Assembly: GCF_036677245.1 (NCBI RefSeq)
Contig: NZ_JAKFCG010000045.1
Span: forward strand, 4,839 to 68,838
Origin: Sphingomonas sp.
GTDB lineage: Bacteria; Pseudomonadota; Alphaproteobacteria; Sphingomonadales; Sphingomonadaceae
Length of the DNA stretch: 64,000 nucleotides
Reading direction: 5' to 3'
Shown here: in pieces, positions 40,698-50,896 of the stretch
Layout of the letters: every line of letters starts with the position of its first letter
Position numbering within the stretch: the stretch's first letter is position 1
Made by a program: the position numbers and the translations under genes
The notes under the pieces: model-generated
What the model was told of the DNA's origin: nothing
Database searches by the model: none
Seen by the model: the letters and a program-made list of their open reading frames with translations, nothing else

Positions 40698-43115
40698 CTA
40701 TTTCGCCGCCGACTTGTTCGAGAGCAGGGCATCGCGCGCCGCCTCGGCGAGCTTCTGCACCGAGAAGGGCTTGGCGAGGAAGGCGACGCGCTCGAGATCG
40801 ATCGACTTGCGCAACTGCTCTTCGGCATAGCCGGAGATGAACAGGATCGGCAGATCGGGGTGGGTCTTGCGCGCCTCGCGCACCGTGGTCGGCCCGTCCA
40901 TCGACGGCATCACCACGTCGGAGATCATCAGGTCCACCTTGTCCTCCCGCTCGAGGATCTCGAGCGCGGCCTCACCGCTTTCGGCGGTGAGCACCGTATA
41001 GCCATGGCGGGTCAACGCCCGCTCGGCGACCGCGCGCACCATCGCCTCGTCCTCGACGATCAGGATCGTCCCCGTTCCCCACAGCTCCCCGGTCGGAGCC
41101 TTGCCCTTGCCTTTTTCGGAGGCCTTGGCGGCGCCGGCGGCGTGGACGGGCAGGTAGATGGTGAAGCTGCTGCCCTTGCCCGGCTCCGATTCGGCGAAGA
41201 TGAAGCCGCCCGATTGCTTGACGATACCGTAGACGGTCGAGAGCCCGAGCCCGGTCCCCTTCCCCACTTCCTTGGTGGTGAAGAACGGCTCGAAGATCTT
41301 GCTCAATATCGCCGGCGGGATGCCGGTGCCGGTGTCCGAGACCCGCAGCGCGGTGTAATCGGCGATCGGCAGGATGTCGCTGCCCATCCTGCGGACGTCG
41401 TCGGCCGAAACCGAATAGGTGTGCAGGGTCAAGGTCCCGCCCTTGGGCATCGCGTCGCGGGCGTTGACGCAGAGATTGACGATCACCTGCTCGAGCTGGC
41501 CGGGGTCGGCGCGGACCGCGCCGAGGCTGCGGCCGTGCTTGACCTGCAGCGCGACCGTTTCGCCGAGCAGGCGCTTGAGCAGGTTCGAAACTTCGGCGAT
41601 CACGTCCGGGAGCTGCAGCACCTGCGGCCGCAAGGTCTGCTGCCGCGAGAAGGCGAGCAGCTGCCGCGTCAGCCCTGCCGCACGGTTCGAATTGCTCCTG
41701 ATCTGCTGGATATCGTCATAATCGCTGTCGCCGGGCGAGTGGCGCATCAGCATCAGGTCGCAATAGCCGATGATCGCGGTGAGGATGTTGTTGAAGTCGT
41801 GCGCGACGCCGCCGGCGAGTTGGCCAACCGCCTGCATCTTGGTCGCCTGCGCCACCTGGCGCTTCAGCCGGTCCTCCTCGCTATTGTCCTTGAGCGAGAG
41901 CAGGACGGCGCCCTGGCCGAGACCGCGCACGCCGGCGATCGTCAGCGCGACCGGCTCTTCGGGATTGGACTTGAGGCGCACCGCGATGTCGCTCGCCGCG
42001 GACGGGCCGCGCGCGAAACGGCGGACGAGATCGGACACCGCCGCTTTATCCTCGCTGACCACGAGATCGCCCGGGTAGACCGCCTTGACCCCCTCGACGA
42101 GCGCCGCGCCTTTGCGGAACGCCTTGTTGAGATAGATGAAACGGCCGTCGACATTGGCGAGCGCGAGCCCGAGCGGCAGGATGTCGAGCAAGGCGTTGAT
42201 GTGGGCGGTGTCGTCCTTGCCGAGCCGGCGAAACCCGCCGTCGGCATCGTCGAGCAGCAGGAACAGGGTCAGCGGATTGACGCCGTCGGCGATCGGGATC
42301 TGGACGATGCGCAAGGGCGTCGCGCCGCCTCCTTCGATCGCGAAGCTGAACTGACCGTCCTCGGTCGCGCTCAGCAGGCCGACGAGCGGCGTTCCGACCG
42401 CAGCAGTGTCGGCGCTGCCGGTCGCGCGCAGCAGGAACACGCGGTTCGCGGCGACCAGCGCGCCGTCGAGGTCGGCGAGCACCGCCATCAATCCCGCCTC
42501 GCCGATGCGGTCCCCCGCCTCGCCGGTGAGCAGGCGGCGCGCCTCGGCCGCAAGATCGATCGCGTTGCGGCGCGTGAACCTCCAGACTAAAGCGGACTGA
42601 TCGGCGCCTTCGCGGCTGAGCTGCGCCCTCAAGCCGGCGCCGTCGGTGCCGAACTGCTCGATCACCGCATTGCCATCACGCCGCGCGGCGAGCGCGGCTT
42701 GCTGCAGCCGTTCCTGCTCGCGCTCGCCGAACGCCAGATCGGGCGGCGTAGCATAGCCGCCGAACCAGCTCGCATAGGCCTCGTTCGCGCAGAGCAGGTG
42801 ACCATTGGCGTCGGTGACCGCGACGGCGTTGGTCGTGACGTCGATCGCAGCGCGCAGCAGGGCGATGTCGATCCCCGCGGACACCGCCTCGGTCGTCTCG
42901 CGCGCGCCGCTGCGCGAGCGCAGCAGCATCAGCGCGCCGACCGCGAGCAGGCCCGCCGCGAACGCGCCGGCGAACAACGGATCGCGGACGGTGAACAACA
43001 GCAATGCGGCCGAGCCCGCCGCGGCAAGGATCAATAAAGCAGCGCCGAGCGCGCTACCGATCGATCGAAGCGGGGCAGCGGAGCTGCCGGAGACAAGGAG
43101 CGGTGTTGAAGCCAT
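40698..43115 (-). CDS. cckA: Hybrid histidine kinase CckA
   Basis: 2 TM + PAS, QATKMQAVGQLAGGVAHDFNNILTAI, LLAFSRQQTLRP, FFTTKEVGKGTGLGL, ELWGTGTILIVED receiver; near recA. Confidence 0.9.
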   Translation of the reverse strand: MASTPLLVSGSSAAPLRSIGSALGAALLILAAAGSAALLLFTVRDPLFAGAFAAGLLAVGALMLLRSRSGARETTEAVSAGIDIALLRAAIDVTTNAVAVTDANGHLLCANEAYASWFGGYATPPDLAFGEREQERLQQAALAARRDGNAVIEQFGTDGAGLRAQLSREGADQSALVWRFTRRNAIDLAAEARRLLTGEAGDRIGEAGLMAVLADLDGALVAANRVFLLRATGSADTAAVGTPLVGLLSATEDGQFSFAIEGGGATPLRIVQIPIADGVNPLTLFLLLDDADGGFRRLGKDDTAHINALLDILPLGLALANVDGRFIYLNKAFRKGAALVEGVKAVYPGDLVVSEDKAAVSDLVRRFARGPSAASDIAVRLKSNPEEPVALTIAGVRGLGQGAVLLSLKDNSEEDRLKRQVAQATKMQAVGQLAGGVAHDFNNILTAIIGYCDLMLMRHSPGDSDYDDIQQIRSNSNRAAGLTRQLLAFSRQQTLRPQVLQLPDVIAEVSNLLKRLLGETVALQVKHGRSLGAVRADPGQLEQVIVNLCVNARDAMPKGGTLTLHTYSVSADDVRRMGSDILPIADYTALRVSDTGTGIPPAILSKIFEPFFTTKEVGKGTGLGLSTVYGIVKQSGGFIFAESEPGKGSSFTIYLPVHAAGAAKASEKGKGKAPTGELWGTGTILIVEDEAMVRAVAERALTRHGYTVLTAESGEAALEILEREDKVDLMISDVVMPSMDGPTTVREARKTHPDLPILFISGYAEEQLRKSIDLERVAFLAKPFSVQKLAEAARDALLSNKSAAK

Positions 43116-43169
43116 GGCTGCAACCACTCATGTCCCCTGCCTCTCCCCGACGTCAAGCGCCCGAGGCTA

Positions 43170-45263
43170 TCACCAGATGCGAACGCGCTGCTCGGGCGGC
43201 AGGTAGAGCGTCTGGCCGGTCCTGACGTCGAACGCGCGATACCAGGGATCGAGGTTGCGAACGACGGCAACGCGCTGCTCGGACGGCGAATGCGGATCGG
43301 TGAGCAGGCGCTGACGCAGATTGGCCTCACGGTAATTGCGCCGCCAGACCTGCGCCCAGCCCAGATAGAAGCGCTGATCGCCGCTGAGGCCGTCGATCAC
43401 CGGCGCCTCGCGGCCCCCGAGCGACGCTTTATAGGCATCATAGGCGATCGTCACGCCGGCGAGGTCGGCGATATTCTCGCCTAATGTCAGCCCGCCCTTG
43501 AGACGCATCCCCGGAAGCGGCTCATAGCGGTCATATTGGTCTGAAAGCTGCTTCGTAAGCGCCTCGAAATGCTTGACGTCCTGTGGCGTCCACCAGTCGC
43601 TCAGCCGACCCTCATTGTTGAACTTGGCGCCCTGGTCGTCGAAATGATGGCTGAGCTCGTGGCCGATGACGGCGCCGATGCCGCCGTAATTGATCGCCGG
43701 ATCGGCGTTGGGATCGAAGAAGGGCGGCTGCAGGATCGCCGCAGGGAAGACGATCTCGACCATGCCGAAATTGGCATAAGCGTTGATCTCCATCGGGGTC
43801 ATTCCCCATTCCCAGCGGTAGATCGGCTTGCCGAGCTTGCCGACCTGATATTCATGCTCATAGGCACGCGAGCGCACCGCGTTGCCGAACAGATCGGCGC
43901 GGTCGATCCGCAGGCCCGAATAGTCGCGCCAACGCTCGGGATAGCCGATCTTGGGCGTGAAGGCGGCGAGCTTGGCGTGCGCCTTGGCCTTCGTCTCGCG
44001 CGCCATCCAGTCGAGCCGGTCGATACGGCGCCCCATGGCGGCGATCACGTTGCGGACCAGCTGGTCGGCCTGAGCCTTGGTCTGCGGCGGGAAATATTTG
44101 GCGACATAGGCCTTGCCGACCTCCTCGCCCATCGTCTCGGTGACGAAGGTGACGCCGCGCTTCCAGCGCGGCTCGATCTGCGGCGTTCCAGAGAGAATCG
44201 TCCCGTAGAAGGCGAAATCCTCGCTGGTCACCGCCGCGGGGAGCACGTCAGCAAAAGCATGGAGCGAACGTACCAGCAGCTGGTCCTTGAGCACTTGCAG
44301 CGGCGTCGCGGCGATCAGCGCGGCAATGCCTTTGACCGCGCTCGGCTGGGCGACGACGACATTGTCGACATTGGCGCCGATACCCTTGAGGAAGCTTGCA
44401 AATTCGAACCCCGGGGCGTCGCTCTCGAGCTTCGCCAGCGCGATCTTGTTGTAGGTCTTGGTGGCATCGCGGCTGTCGGTGCGAGTCCAATGGACCCGGG
44501 CGATCGCGGTCTCGAAATCGAGGATCGCCTTCGCGCGCGGGACGGCGTCCGCTTCGCCCGCCAGCGTCAGCATGCGCTCGAGATGTCCGCGATAGGCGGC
44601 CCGCGTCTCGGCGAGCTTGGCATCGCTCGCGAGATAATAATCGCGGTCGGGCAGACCGAGGCCGGCCTGCGCGAGATGGAGCGCATAGACGTCGGGCTTC
44701 TTGTCGTCCTGGCCGATGTAGGAGCCGAACGGGGTGGCGATCCCCATCCGGTCGGCCTCGGCGGCGAGCGCCGCATAGCCCTGCCTGGCGCCGAGGGATT
44801 TGATGCGCGCCAGCCACGGCGCGATCGGGGCCATTCCCTTCGCCTCGATCACCGCCTCGTCGAGGAAGCTCGCATAAGCATTGCCGATCTTGCTCCCTGG
44901 GTCGGCCTTGGCCTCGTCGAGGATCTGCTGCGTACGCTGCCGCGAGAGATCGTCGAGCACGGTGAACATCCCGTAGTTCGAACGATCGGCCGGGATCGGC
45001 GTCGTCCGCGCCCAAGTGCCGTTCGCAAACCCGTAGAAATTATCCCCGGGCGCCACATTGCGGTCCATCCCGGCCTGATCGAAGCCAAAGCTTCCGATCT
45101 GCGGCTTGGCCTGGGTTGGCGGTGCGACCGGGCCCGCGGCGGCGCCGGACAGGATTTCGGTCTGGGCGGCAGCCTCGCCTGGCGCGCTGCCGCTGGTGGC
45201 GCAGCCCGCGAGCATCGTCGAGGCAATCAGGATCGGGGGCATCAGGATCGGGAAGTGACGCAT
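43170..45263 (-). CDS. M13 (neprilysin/PepO) metallopeptidase, lipoprotein
   Basis: Lipobox LAGC, INAY, GHELSHHFDDQG, GENIADLAG, DPHSP. Confidence 0.93.
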   Translation of the reverse strand: MRHFPILMPPILIASTMLAGCATSGSAPGEAAAQTEILSGAAAGPVAPPTQAKPQIGSFGFDQAGMDRNVAPGDNFYGFANGTWARTTPIPADRSNYGMFTVLDDLSRQRTQQILDEAKADPGSKIGNAYASFLDEAVIEAKGMAPIAPWLARIKSLGARQGYAALAAEADRMGIATPFGSYIGQDDKKPDVYALHLAQAGLGLPDRDYYLASDAKLAETRAAYRGHLERMLTLAGEADAVPRAKAILDFETAIARVHWTRTDSRDATKTYNKIALAKLESDAPGFEFASFLKGIGANVDNVVVAQPSAVKGIAALIAATPLQVLKDQLLVRSLHAFADVLPAAVTSEDFAFYGTILSGTPQIEPRWKRGVTFVTETMGEEVGKAYVAKYFPPQTKAQADQLVRNVIAAMGRRIDRLDWMARETKAKAHAKLAAFTPKIGYPERWRDYSGLRIDRADLFGNAVRSRAYEHEYQVGKLGKPIYRWEWGMTPMEINAYANFGMVEIVFPAAILQPPFFDPNADPAINYGGIGAVIGHELSHHFDDQGAKFNNEGRLSDWWTPQDVKHFEALTKQLSDQYDRYEPLPGMRLKGGLTLGENIADLAGVTIAYDAYKASLGGREAPVIDGLSGDQRFYLGWAQVWRRNYREANLRQRLLTDPHSPSEQRVAVVRNLDPWYRAFDVRTGQTLYLPPEQRVRIW

Positions 45264-45310
45264 AAAACCCTTCTTTCAGGTGCTTATGCAGGCCCATTTA
45301 GGAGCAGGGG

Positions 45311-45880
45311 TCAGCTTTGTATATCGTGCCGATGGCGCCTGCGCCGCCATTTGTGGGTGATCCACAGCCGCCAGACCAGCGCCGCGACCGCATAGCCGAC
45401 AATGCCCGAGATCACCGCAATCACGGCAAGGCCGCTGACCAAAGCCGGCGCCGCCGAGGAGAATAGCCAATTCACCCATCGCTCGATCGAGACATTGTTC
45501 TCCATCATCTGCAGCACCGCACCTGGGTTGGCCGGAAAGCCGAACAAATCGCTGCCGACCCACAGGGCCGCCATCAGCAGCAATGGCGTCGTGACGGGAT
45601 TGGTCAGCAGGGTCGTCCCGGCGGTCAACGGGACGTTGGCGCGAACCGGCACCGCCACCATCGCCGCAGCGACGGGTTGGACGAATGGAATGATCACGAA
45701 GATACCGACTGTCAGCCCGACGGCGATCCCGCGCGGCACCGAGCGGCGAGTGAAGCGCCACAAGGCGGGCCGCAGCAGCAGATGCGCGACCGGCTGCATC
45801 AGCCGGTTGCTCTCGAGCTCCTCGCGGCTCGGCAGAATCGTGCGGATGCGGTCTGAGAGCCAGCTTCTGCTCCTAGCCAT
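45311..45880 (-). CDS. DUF2062 family membrane protein
   Basis: LWRFTRRSVPRGIAVG, RANVP, TNPVT. Confidence 0.8.
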   Translation of the reverse strand: MARSRSWLSDRIRTILPSREELESNRLMQPVAHLLLRPALWRFTRRSVPRGIAVGLTVGIFVIIPFVQPVAAAMVAVPVRANVPLTAGTTLLTNPVTTPLLLMAALWVGSDLFGFPANPGAVLQMMENNVSIERWVNWLFSSAAPALVSGLAVIAVISGIVGYAVAALVWRLWITHKWRRRRHRHDIQS

Positions 45881-45888
45881 GCTGCGCT

Positions 45889-46371
45889 TCACCCATGCTG
45901 GCGCAGCAGGCGGCCCTGCTCCTTCTTCCAATCCTTGGCCTTCTCGTGCTCGCGCTTGTCGTGGCTCTTGCGGCCGCGCGCGACGGCGAGCTCGACCTTG
46001 GCACGGCCGCGGCTGTTGAAGTAGATCGACAGCGGCACGAGGGTCATGCCCTGCCGTGCGACCAGGCCGAACAATTTGTTGATCTCACGCTCGTGGAGCA
46101 AGAGCTTGCGCGGCCTTTTGGGCTCGTGATTGAAGCGGTTGCCGTGGCTGAACTCGGGGATGTTGGCGTTGATCAGCCAGACCTGCTCGTCCTTCACCTC
46201 GGCATAGCTTTCCGCGATCGAGCCCTCGCCGAAGCGCAGAGATTTGACCTCGGTGCCGGTCAGCGCGATCCCCGCTTCATAGGTGTCCTCGATCGCATAA
46301 TCGTAGCGCGCACGCCGGTTCTCGGCGACGATCTTCTTCTTGTCGAATGTCGCCGGGCGCGGCCGTACCAT
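45889..46371 (-). CDS. smpB: SsrA-binding protein
   Basis: [39 protein letters not shown]. Confidence 0.97.
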   Translation of the reverse strand: MVRPRPATFDKKKIVAENRRARYDYAIEDTYEAGIALTGTEVKSLRFGEGSIAESYAEVKDEQVWLINANIPEFSHGNRFNHEPKRPRKLLLHEREINKLFGLVARQGMTLVPLSIYFNSRGRAKVELAVARGRKSHDKREHEKAKDWKKEQGRLLRQHG

Positions 46372-47246
46372 CAGGCCAGGCCCGCATGCGCGAGCGCAGC
46401 ATCGACCGCTGCGCGGCTCTGCGGTGAAGGCTGCGTCATCGGCAGCCGCACGTCGGGCCGATATTCGGGCTTGAGACGCGACAGCGCATATTTGACCGGC
46501 CCGGGAGAGGCGTCGCTGAACAGAGCCGCGTGGAGCGGGAAAAGCCGATCCTGGAGCGCGAGCGCGTCGGCCCAGCGGCCGTCGAGGCAGGCCTGCTGGA
46601 ACTGCGCGCACAGGCCGGGCGCGACATTGGCGGTCACCGAGATGCAGCCGACTCCTCCCATCGCCATGAAGCCAAGCGCCGAATCGTCGTTGCCGGAAAG
46701 CTGGCAAAAGTCCTCTCCGCACGCGAGACGCTGCGCCGAGACCCGCTCGAGCTTGCCGGTCGCATCCTTGACGCCGACGATGGTCGGCAATTTGGCGAGT
46801 TCCGCCAGGGTCTCGACATTGATGTCCGTCACCGTGCGCGAGGGCACGTTGTAGATGATGATCGGCAGGCTGCTATGCTCGGCCAAATAGCGGTAATGGG
46901 CGAGCAGTCCCGCCTGATTGGGCCGGTTGTAATAAGGCAGCACGACCAGCGCCGCGGCGGCGCCCGCGGCTTCGGCGTGGCGCATGTGCTCGAGGGCGGC
47001 CTTGGTATCGTTCGAGCCGCAGCCGGCGATCACCGGCACGCGCCCCGCCGCCTGCTCGACGCAGACGGAGACGACGTGATTATGCTCCTCGATCGACATC
47101 GTCGCGCTCTCGCCGGTCGTGCCGCACGGCACCAAGGCGGTCGATCCTTCGGCAATTTGCCAGTCGACCAGGGCCCGGAATCCGGCCTCTTCGAACGACT
47201 CGTCGCGAAAAGGAGTCACTAGGGCCGGGATGGAGCCGCGAAACAT
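46371..47246 (-). CDS. dapA: 4-hydroxy-tetrahydrodipicolinate synthase
   Basis: [34 protein letters not shown]. Confidence 0.95.
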   Translation of the reverse strand: MFRGSIPALVTPFRDESFEEAGFRALVDWQIAEGSTALVPCGTTGESATMSIEEHNHVVSVCVEQAAGRVPVIAGCGSNDTKAALEHMRHAEAAGAAAALVVLPYYNRPNQAGLLAHYRYLAEHSSLPIIIYNVPSRTVTDINVETLAELAKLPTIVGVKDATGKLERVSAQRLACGEDFCQLSGNDDSALGFMAMGGVGCISVTANVAPGLCAQFQQACLDGRWADALALQDRLFPLHAALFSDASPGPVKYALSRLKPEYRPDVRLPMTQPSPQSRAAVDAALAHAGLA

Positions 47247-47348
47247 CATTATCTCCTTCACCTCGTTTCCTTTTCCGCACATAAAAAAGCGCGAGGACGA
47301 CGAGATCGTTCACGGTCTGATAAGGAGGGGCCCGCCATTCTGTCCAGC

Positions 47349-49373
47349 ATGCAGAAGAAAGCACTGATCCTCGTTCCGCTTCTCGCGTCGGTTGCCGCCG
47401 TTGCCGCGATTGGCCCGGAGGCCGCGCTGACGCCGGCGTCGGTCACCATCCCTACTCCCCCCTCAGCACTCCCGCCCGCCGCGGCGCCGATGCCCAGCCG
47501 CTATGCGCCGCCCGTCTCCCCGGCGATTTCGCAAGCCCTCGCGCAATGGAACAGCCTGCGCCAGAGCGACAGCTATCCCTTCACCTCCTACGCTTCGTTC
47601 CTGATGCGCTATCGCGGATGGCCGGGAGAGAGCAGCCTGCGCCGCACCGCCGAGCGCGCGATCGATCCGCTCACCTCCTCGCCGACCACCGTGATCAGCT
47701 ACTTCCGCATGCTGCCGCCGCTGACGCCGACGGGCCATGCCCGTCATGCCTCGGCCTTGCTCGCGAGCGGCCAGGTCGAGGCCGCGCGCGCGGCCGCGCG
47801 GCTTGCCTGGACCAGCGGTGCGATGCCGCGCACCGACGAGGATCGTCTGCTGGGGCTATTCGGAGCGGCGCTCACCATCGCCGACCACGATCAGAGGATC
47901 GAGAAATTGCTCGCCAACGGCGAGACGTCCGCCGCTTTTCGCCTGCTTTCGTTCGGCTCGGCGGCCAAGCGGCCGGTCTACGAGACGCGGATCGCGCTGC
48001 AGACCGAAGCGCCCGATGCCGCCAACAGGCTCGCGTTCCTCGGTGCCGGCGCCAATGGCGATCCGGGCCTGCTGATGGATCGTGCCAAATGGCTGCGCCA
48101 CACCAGCCAGAGCCTCGCTGCGCGATCGTTGCTCGCCCAGCCGCGCACTTTGACGGCGCGTCCGGCCGATGCCGAGAAATGGTATGAGGTCCTGCTGACG
48201 ATGGGCCGGGCAGCCGCCGCCGACCGCCAGTGGACGACCGCCTATCAGATCGCCTCGCAGGTCGACGACGCTTATGCGCCTGGCACCGACATCAGCCAGC
48301 GGCCAACCGGCGAGCGCGACGATTACACCAGCCTCGTCTGGCTGGCGGGCACCACCGCGCTGCACCAGCTCGGCCGGCCCGCCGACGCGGCCGCGATGTT
48401 CGTCCGCTACGCGCGCGGCGGGCGCTCGGCGCAGGTCACCACCAAAGGGCTCTATTGGGCCGGCCGGGCCGCGCAGGCCGCCGGCCAGGCCGCGCAGGCG
48501 ACCGCCTATTTCACCGAAGCCGCCGCCTTCCCCGAGCTGTTCTACGGCCAGCTCGCGCTGGAGCGGATCGGCCGGCCGGTTCCGCCGCCGCTTTCCCCGC
48601 CTCCACCCACCGACGCCGAGCGCCAGACCTTCCATCGCAAGGATCTGGTCGAGGCCGCGAAGATGCTTGGGCTGATGGGACGCTGGGAAGACCAGTCGCT
48701 GTTCGTCCGCGCGCTCTCCGAGCAGGCGCAGAGCGAACGCGAACGAGTCCTCACCGCCGAGCTGTCGCGCCAGATCGGGCGCCCCGACCTCGCCGTGTGG
48801 CTTGCGCGCGATGCCCGCAACGCCGGCTCGCCTTTCTACGTCCGCACCGCCTATCCGGAAGTCAGCGTTCCGCTTTCGCGCCATTATTGGTCGCTCGCAC
48901 ACGGCATCATCCGCCAGGAAAGCTCGTTCGACCGCGCGGCGGTGAGCCACGCGGGCGCGCGCGGCATCATGCAGCTGATGCCGCCGACCGCGCGGCAATG
49001 GGCCGGCAAGCTCGGCCTCCCCTACGAGCTTGGCCGGCTGACCCGTGATTCCTCGTACAATATCATGATCGGCAGCCAATATTTCGCGAGCCTGATGGAC
49101 GATTGGGGCGGCTATGCGCCGCTCGCCGTCGCCAGCTACAATGCCGGCCCGGGCAACGTCCGCAAATGGGTCAGCGCCAACGGCGATCCCCGGATGCCCG
49201 GCGTCGACATCATCAAGTGGATCGAGGACATCCCTTATACCGAGACCCGCGGCTACGTGCAGCGCGTGCTCGAAAATGCCGTGGTCTATGATTCGATCAA
49301 TCCCTCGCGCGCCAACGCGTCGGCCATGCTCCGCCTCTCCTTCTACCTCGGCAAGAGCAGCCGCCCGGGCTGA
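47349..49373 (+). CDS. Soluble lytic murein transglycosylase (Slt-like)
   Basis: Signal peptide, helical repeats, IIRQESSF, GARGIMQLMP, SYNAGPG, IPYTETRGYV. Confidence 0.92.
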   Translation: MQKKALILVPLLASVAAVAAIGPEAALTPASVTIPTPPSALPPAAAPMPSRYAPPVSPAISQALAQWNSLRQSDSYPFTSYASFLMRYRGWPGESSLRRTAERAIDPLTSSPTTVISYFRMLPPLTPTGHARHASALLASGQVEAARAAARLAWTSGAMPRTDEDRLLGLFGAALTIADHDQRIEKLLANGETSAAFRLLSFGSAAKRPVYETRIALQTEAPDAANRLAFLGAGANGDPGLLMDRAKWLRHTSQSLAARSLLAQPRTLTARPADAEKWYEVLLTMGRAAAADRQWTTAYQIASQVDDAYAPGTDISQRPTGERDDYTSLVWLAGTTALHQLGRPADAAAMFVRYARGGRSAQVTTKGLYWAGRAAQAAGQAAQATAYFTEAAAFPELFYGQLALERIGRPVPPPLSPPPPTDAERQTFHRKDLVEAAKMLGLMGRWEDQSLFVRALSEQAQSERERVLTAELSRQIGRPDLAVWLARDARNAGSPFYVRTAYPEVSVPLSRHYWSLAHGIIRQESSFDRAAVSHAGARGIMQLMPPTARQWAGKLGLPYELGRLTRDSSYNIMIGSQYFASLMDDWGGYAPLAVASYNAGPGNVRKWVSANGDPRMPGVDIIKWIEDIPYTETRGYVQRVLENAVVYDSINPSRANASAMLRLSFYLGKSSRPG

Positions 49374-49408
49374 TTTCAATCGCCCGAAAACACGCTAGAC
49401 AGAGCGTG

Positions 49409-49900
49409 ATGGCGGACCGGGTCAACCATATCACGCCCGAAGGCTACCGGCGCTTGCGCGAGGAATATGAGCAATTGTTCGGGGTCGAGCGGCCGCAGCT
49501 GGTCGAGACAATCAGCTGGGCGGCGGGCAATGGCGACCGATCGGAGAACGGCGACTATATCTATGGCCGCAAGCGCCTGCGCGAGATCGATCGGCGGATC
49601 GACTGGCTGTCGCGCCGCATGGCCGCCGCGAAGGTGACCGATCCCGCGCAGCAGACCGACCGCAATCGCGTCTGGTTCGGCGCGACGCTGACATTGGCCG
49701 ACGACGACGACAATCGGCGCGTGGTGACCCTGGTCGGCGAGGACGAAGCCGACGCCAGCGCGGGGCGCATCAGCTGGCACGCCCCGCTCGCGCGCGCTGT
49801 CCGCGGCGCTGCGCTGGGCGACGTGCGCCGGGTCGCCCTGCCCGCGGGCGAGAAGGAATATGAGATCGTCGCGATCGTCTACCCGGATCCTGCCGAATAG
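49409..49900 (+). CDS. greB: Transcription elongation factor GreB
   Basis: ITPEG, WAAGNGDRSENGDYIYGRKRLREIDRR, ISWHAPLARA. Confidence 0.95.
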   Translation: MADRVNHITPEGYRRLREEYEQLFGVERPQLVETISWAAGNGDRSENGDYIYGRKRLREIDRRIDWLSRRMAAAKVTDPAQQTDRNRVWFGATLTLADDDDNRRVVTLVGEDEADASAGRISWHAPLARAVRGAALGDVRRVALPAGEKEYEIVAIVYPDPAE

Positions 49901-50000
49901 AGCATTGCGCGAAACGTGGGTACCGGCTTTTCGCAAGCAGCAATGCGGCATCAAAGGATTTAGAGCAGGCTGCGATTCATCTCATCGCAGCCTGCTTTAA
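49897..50000. repeat. MITE-like double-hairpin repeat, copy 3 (inverted)
   Basis: TAGAGCATTGCGCGAAA...GCAATGC + TTTAGAGCAGGCTGCGAT...ATCGCAGCCTGCTTTAA; reverse complement of copy 2. Confidence 0.85.
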
Positions 50001-50022
50001 AACTGGCCGGGGGCACGTCCCC

Positions 50023-50796
50023 TCAACCCCCGAACGCCCGCCGCGCCAGCTCCTCGGTCGCGGGTGGGGCCGCGGGAGGCGTCAGCGGCACCGCCGACTC
50101 GAGCCTCTCGGCGATGGTCGTCAAGACGGCGATGCGCGCCGCTTTCTTGTCGTTGCCGTTGACGACGTGCCACGGCGCCCAATGCGTGTCGTTGTGGGCG
50201 AACATCTCGCGCAGCGCCGCAAGATAGGCGGAACGCTTCTCGCGGTTGCGGAAATCCTCGGGCCCGACCTTCCAGCGCTTCCACGGATGCGCGAGCCGCG
50301 CTTTCAGCCTCTGGTCCTGCACGTCCTGCGTGACATGGAGGAAGATCTTGACGATCGTCGTGCCGTCGCCGGCCTGCTGGGCCTCGAACTCGTTGATCTC
50401 GTCATAGGCGCGCCGCCACTCGGCCTCGCTCGCATAGCCCTCGACCCGCTCGACCAGCACGCGCCCGTACCAGCTGCGATCGAATACGGCGATCTCGCGG
50501 GTAGCCGGCAGCCGCTTCCAGAAACGCCACAGGAAATGGCGCGCCTTTTCCTCGTCGGTCGGCGCCGAGATCGGCCAGACCTCGAAATGACGCGGGTCCC
50601 ATTTGGCGGTGAGGCGCTGGATCGCGCCGCCCTTGCCCGACGCATCCCAGCCTTCGAACAGGATCACGCTTCGCTTGCGGTGGACGACGTGCGCGACGAG
50701 CAGCCGCGACAGCCGCTCCTGGAGCGCTTCGAGCTCTTTGGCATAATCCCCTGCGAAGGGCTTTCCGGCCTCATGGTCCGCGAGATTGATCGCCAT
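50023..50796 (-). CDS. ppk2: Polyphosphate kinase 2 family protein (single domain)
   Basis: FEGWDASGKGGAI, FDRSWYGRVLVER, KRWK, APWHVV...DKK. Confidence 0.92.
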   Translation of the reverse strand: MAINLADHEAGKPFAGDYAKELEALQERLSRLLVAHVVHRKRSVILFEGWDASGKGGAIQRLTAKWDPRHFEVWPISAPTDEEKARHFLWRFWKRLPATREIAVFDRSWYGRVLVERVEGYASEAEWRRAYDEINEFEAQQAGDGTTIVKIFLHVTQDVQDQRLKARLAHPWKRWKVGPEDFRNREKRSAYLAALREMFAHNDTHWAPWHVVNGNDKKAARIAVLTTIAERLESAVPLTPPAAPPATEELARRAFGG

Positions 50797-50896
50797 GCTC
50801 GTTCATCCTCCACGGCTCCTCCCCGCGCCGGGAAGGGACAGCTGATCGGTCGCGAAGGAGCTGCGCGCTCCCTCGTCGCGAGCGCGCGAGAATCGC

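Noticed and set aside
45889-46371. tmRNA or an integrated element near smpB
   Set aside because: Flanks are fully coding (dapA and DUF2062); no ssrA, integrase or att-like repeat seen
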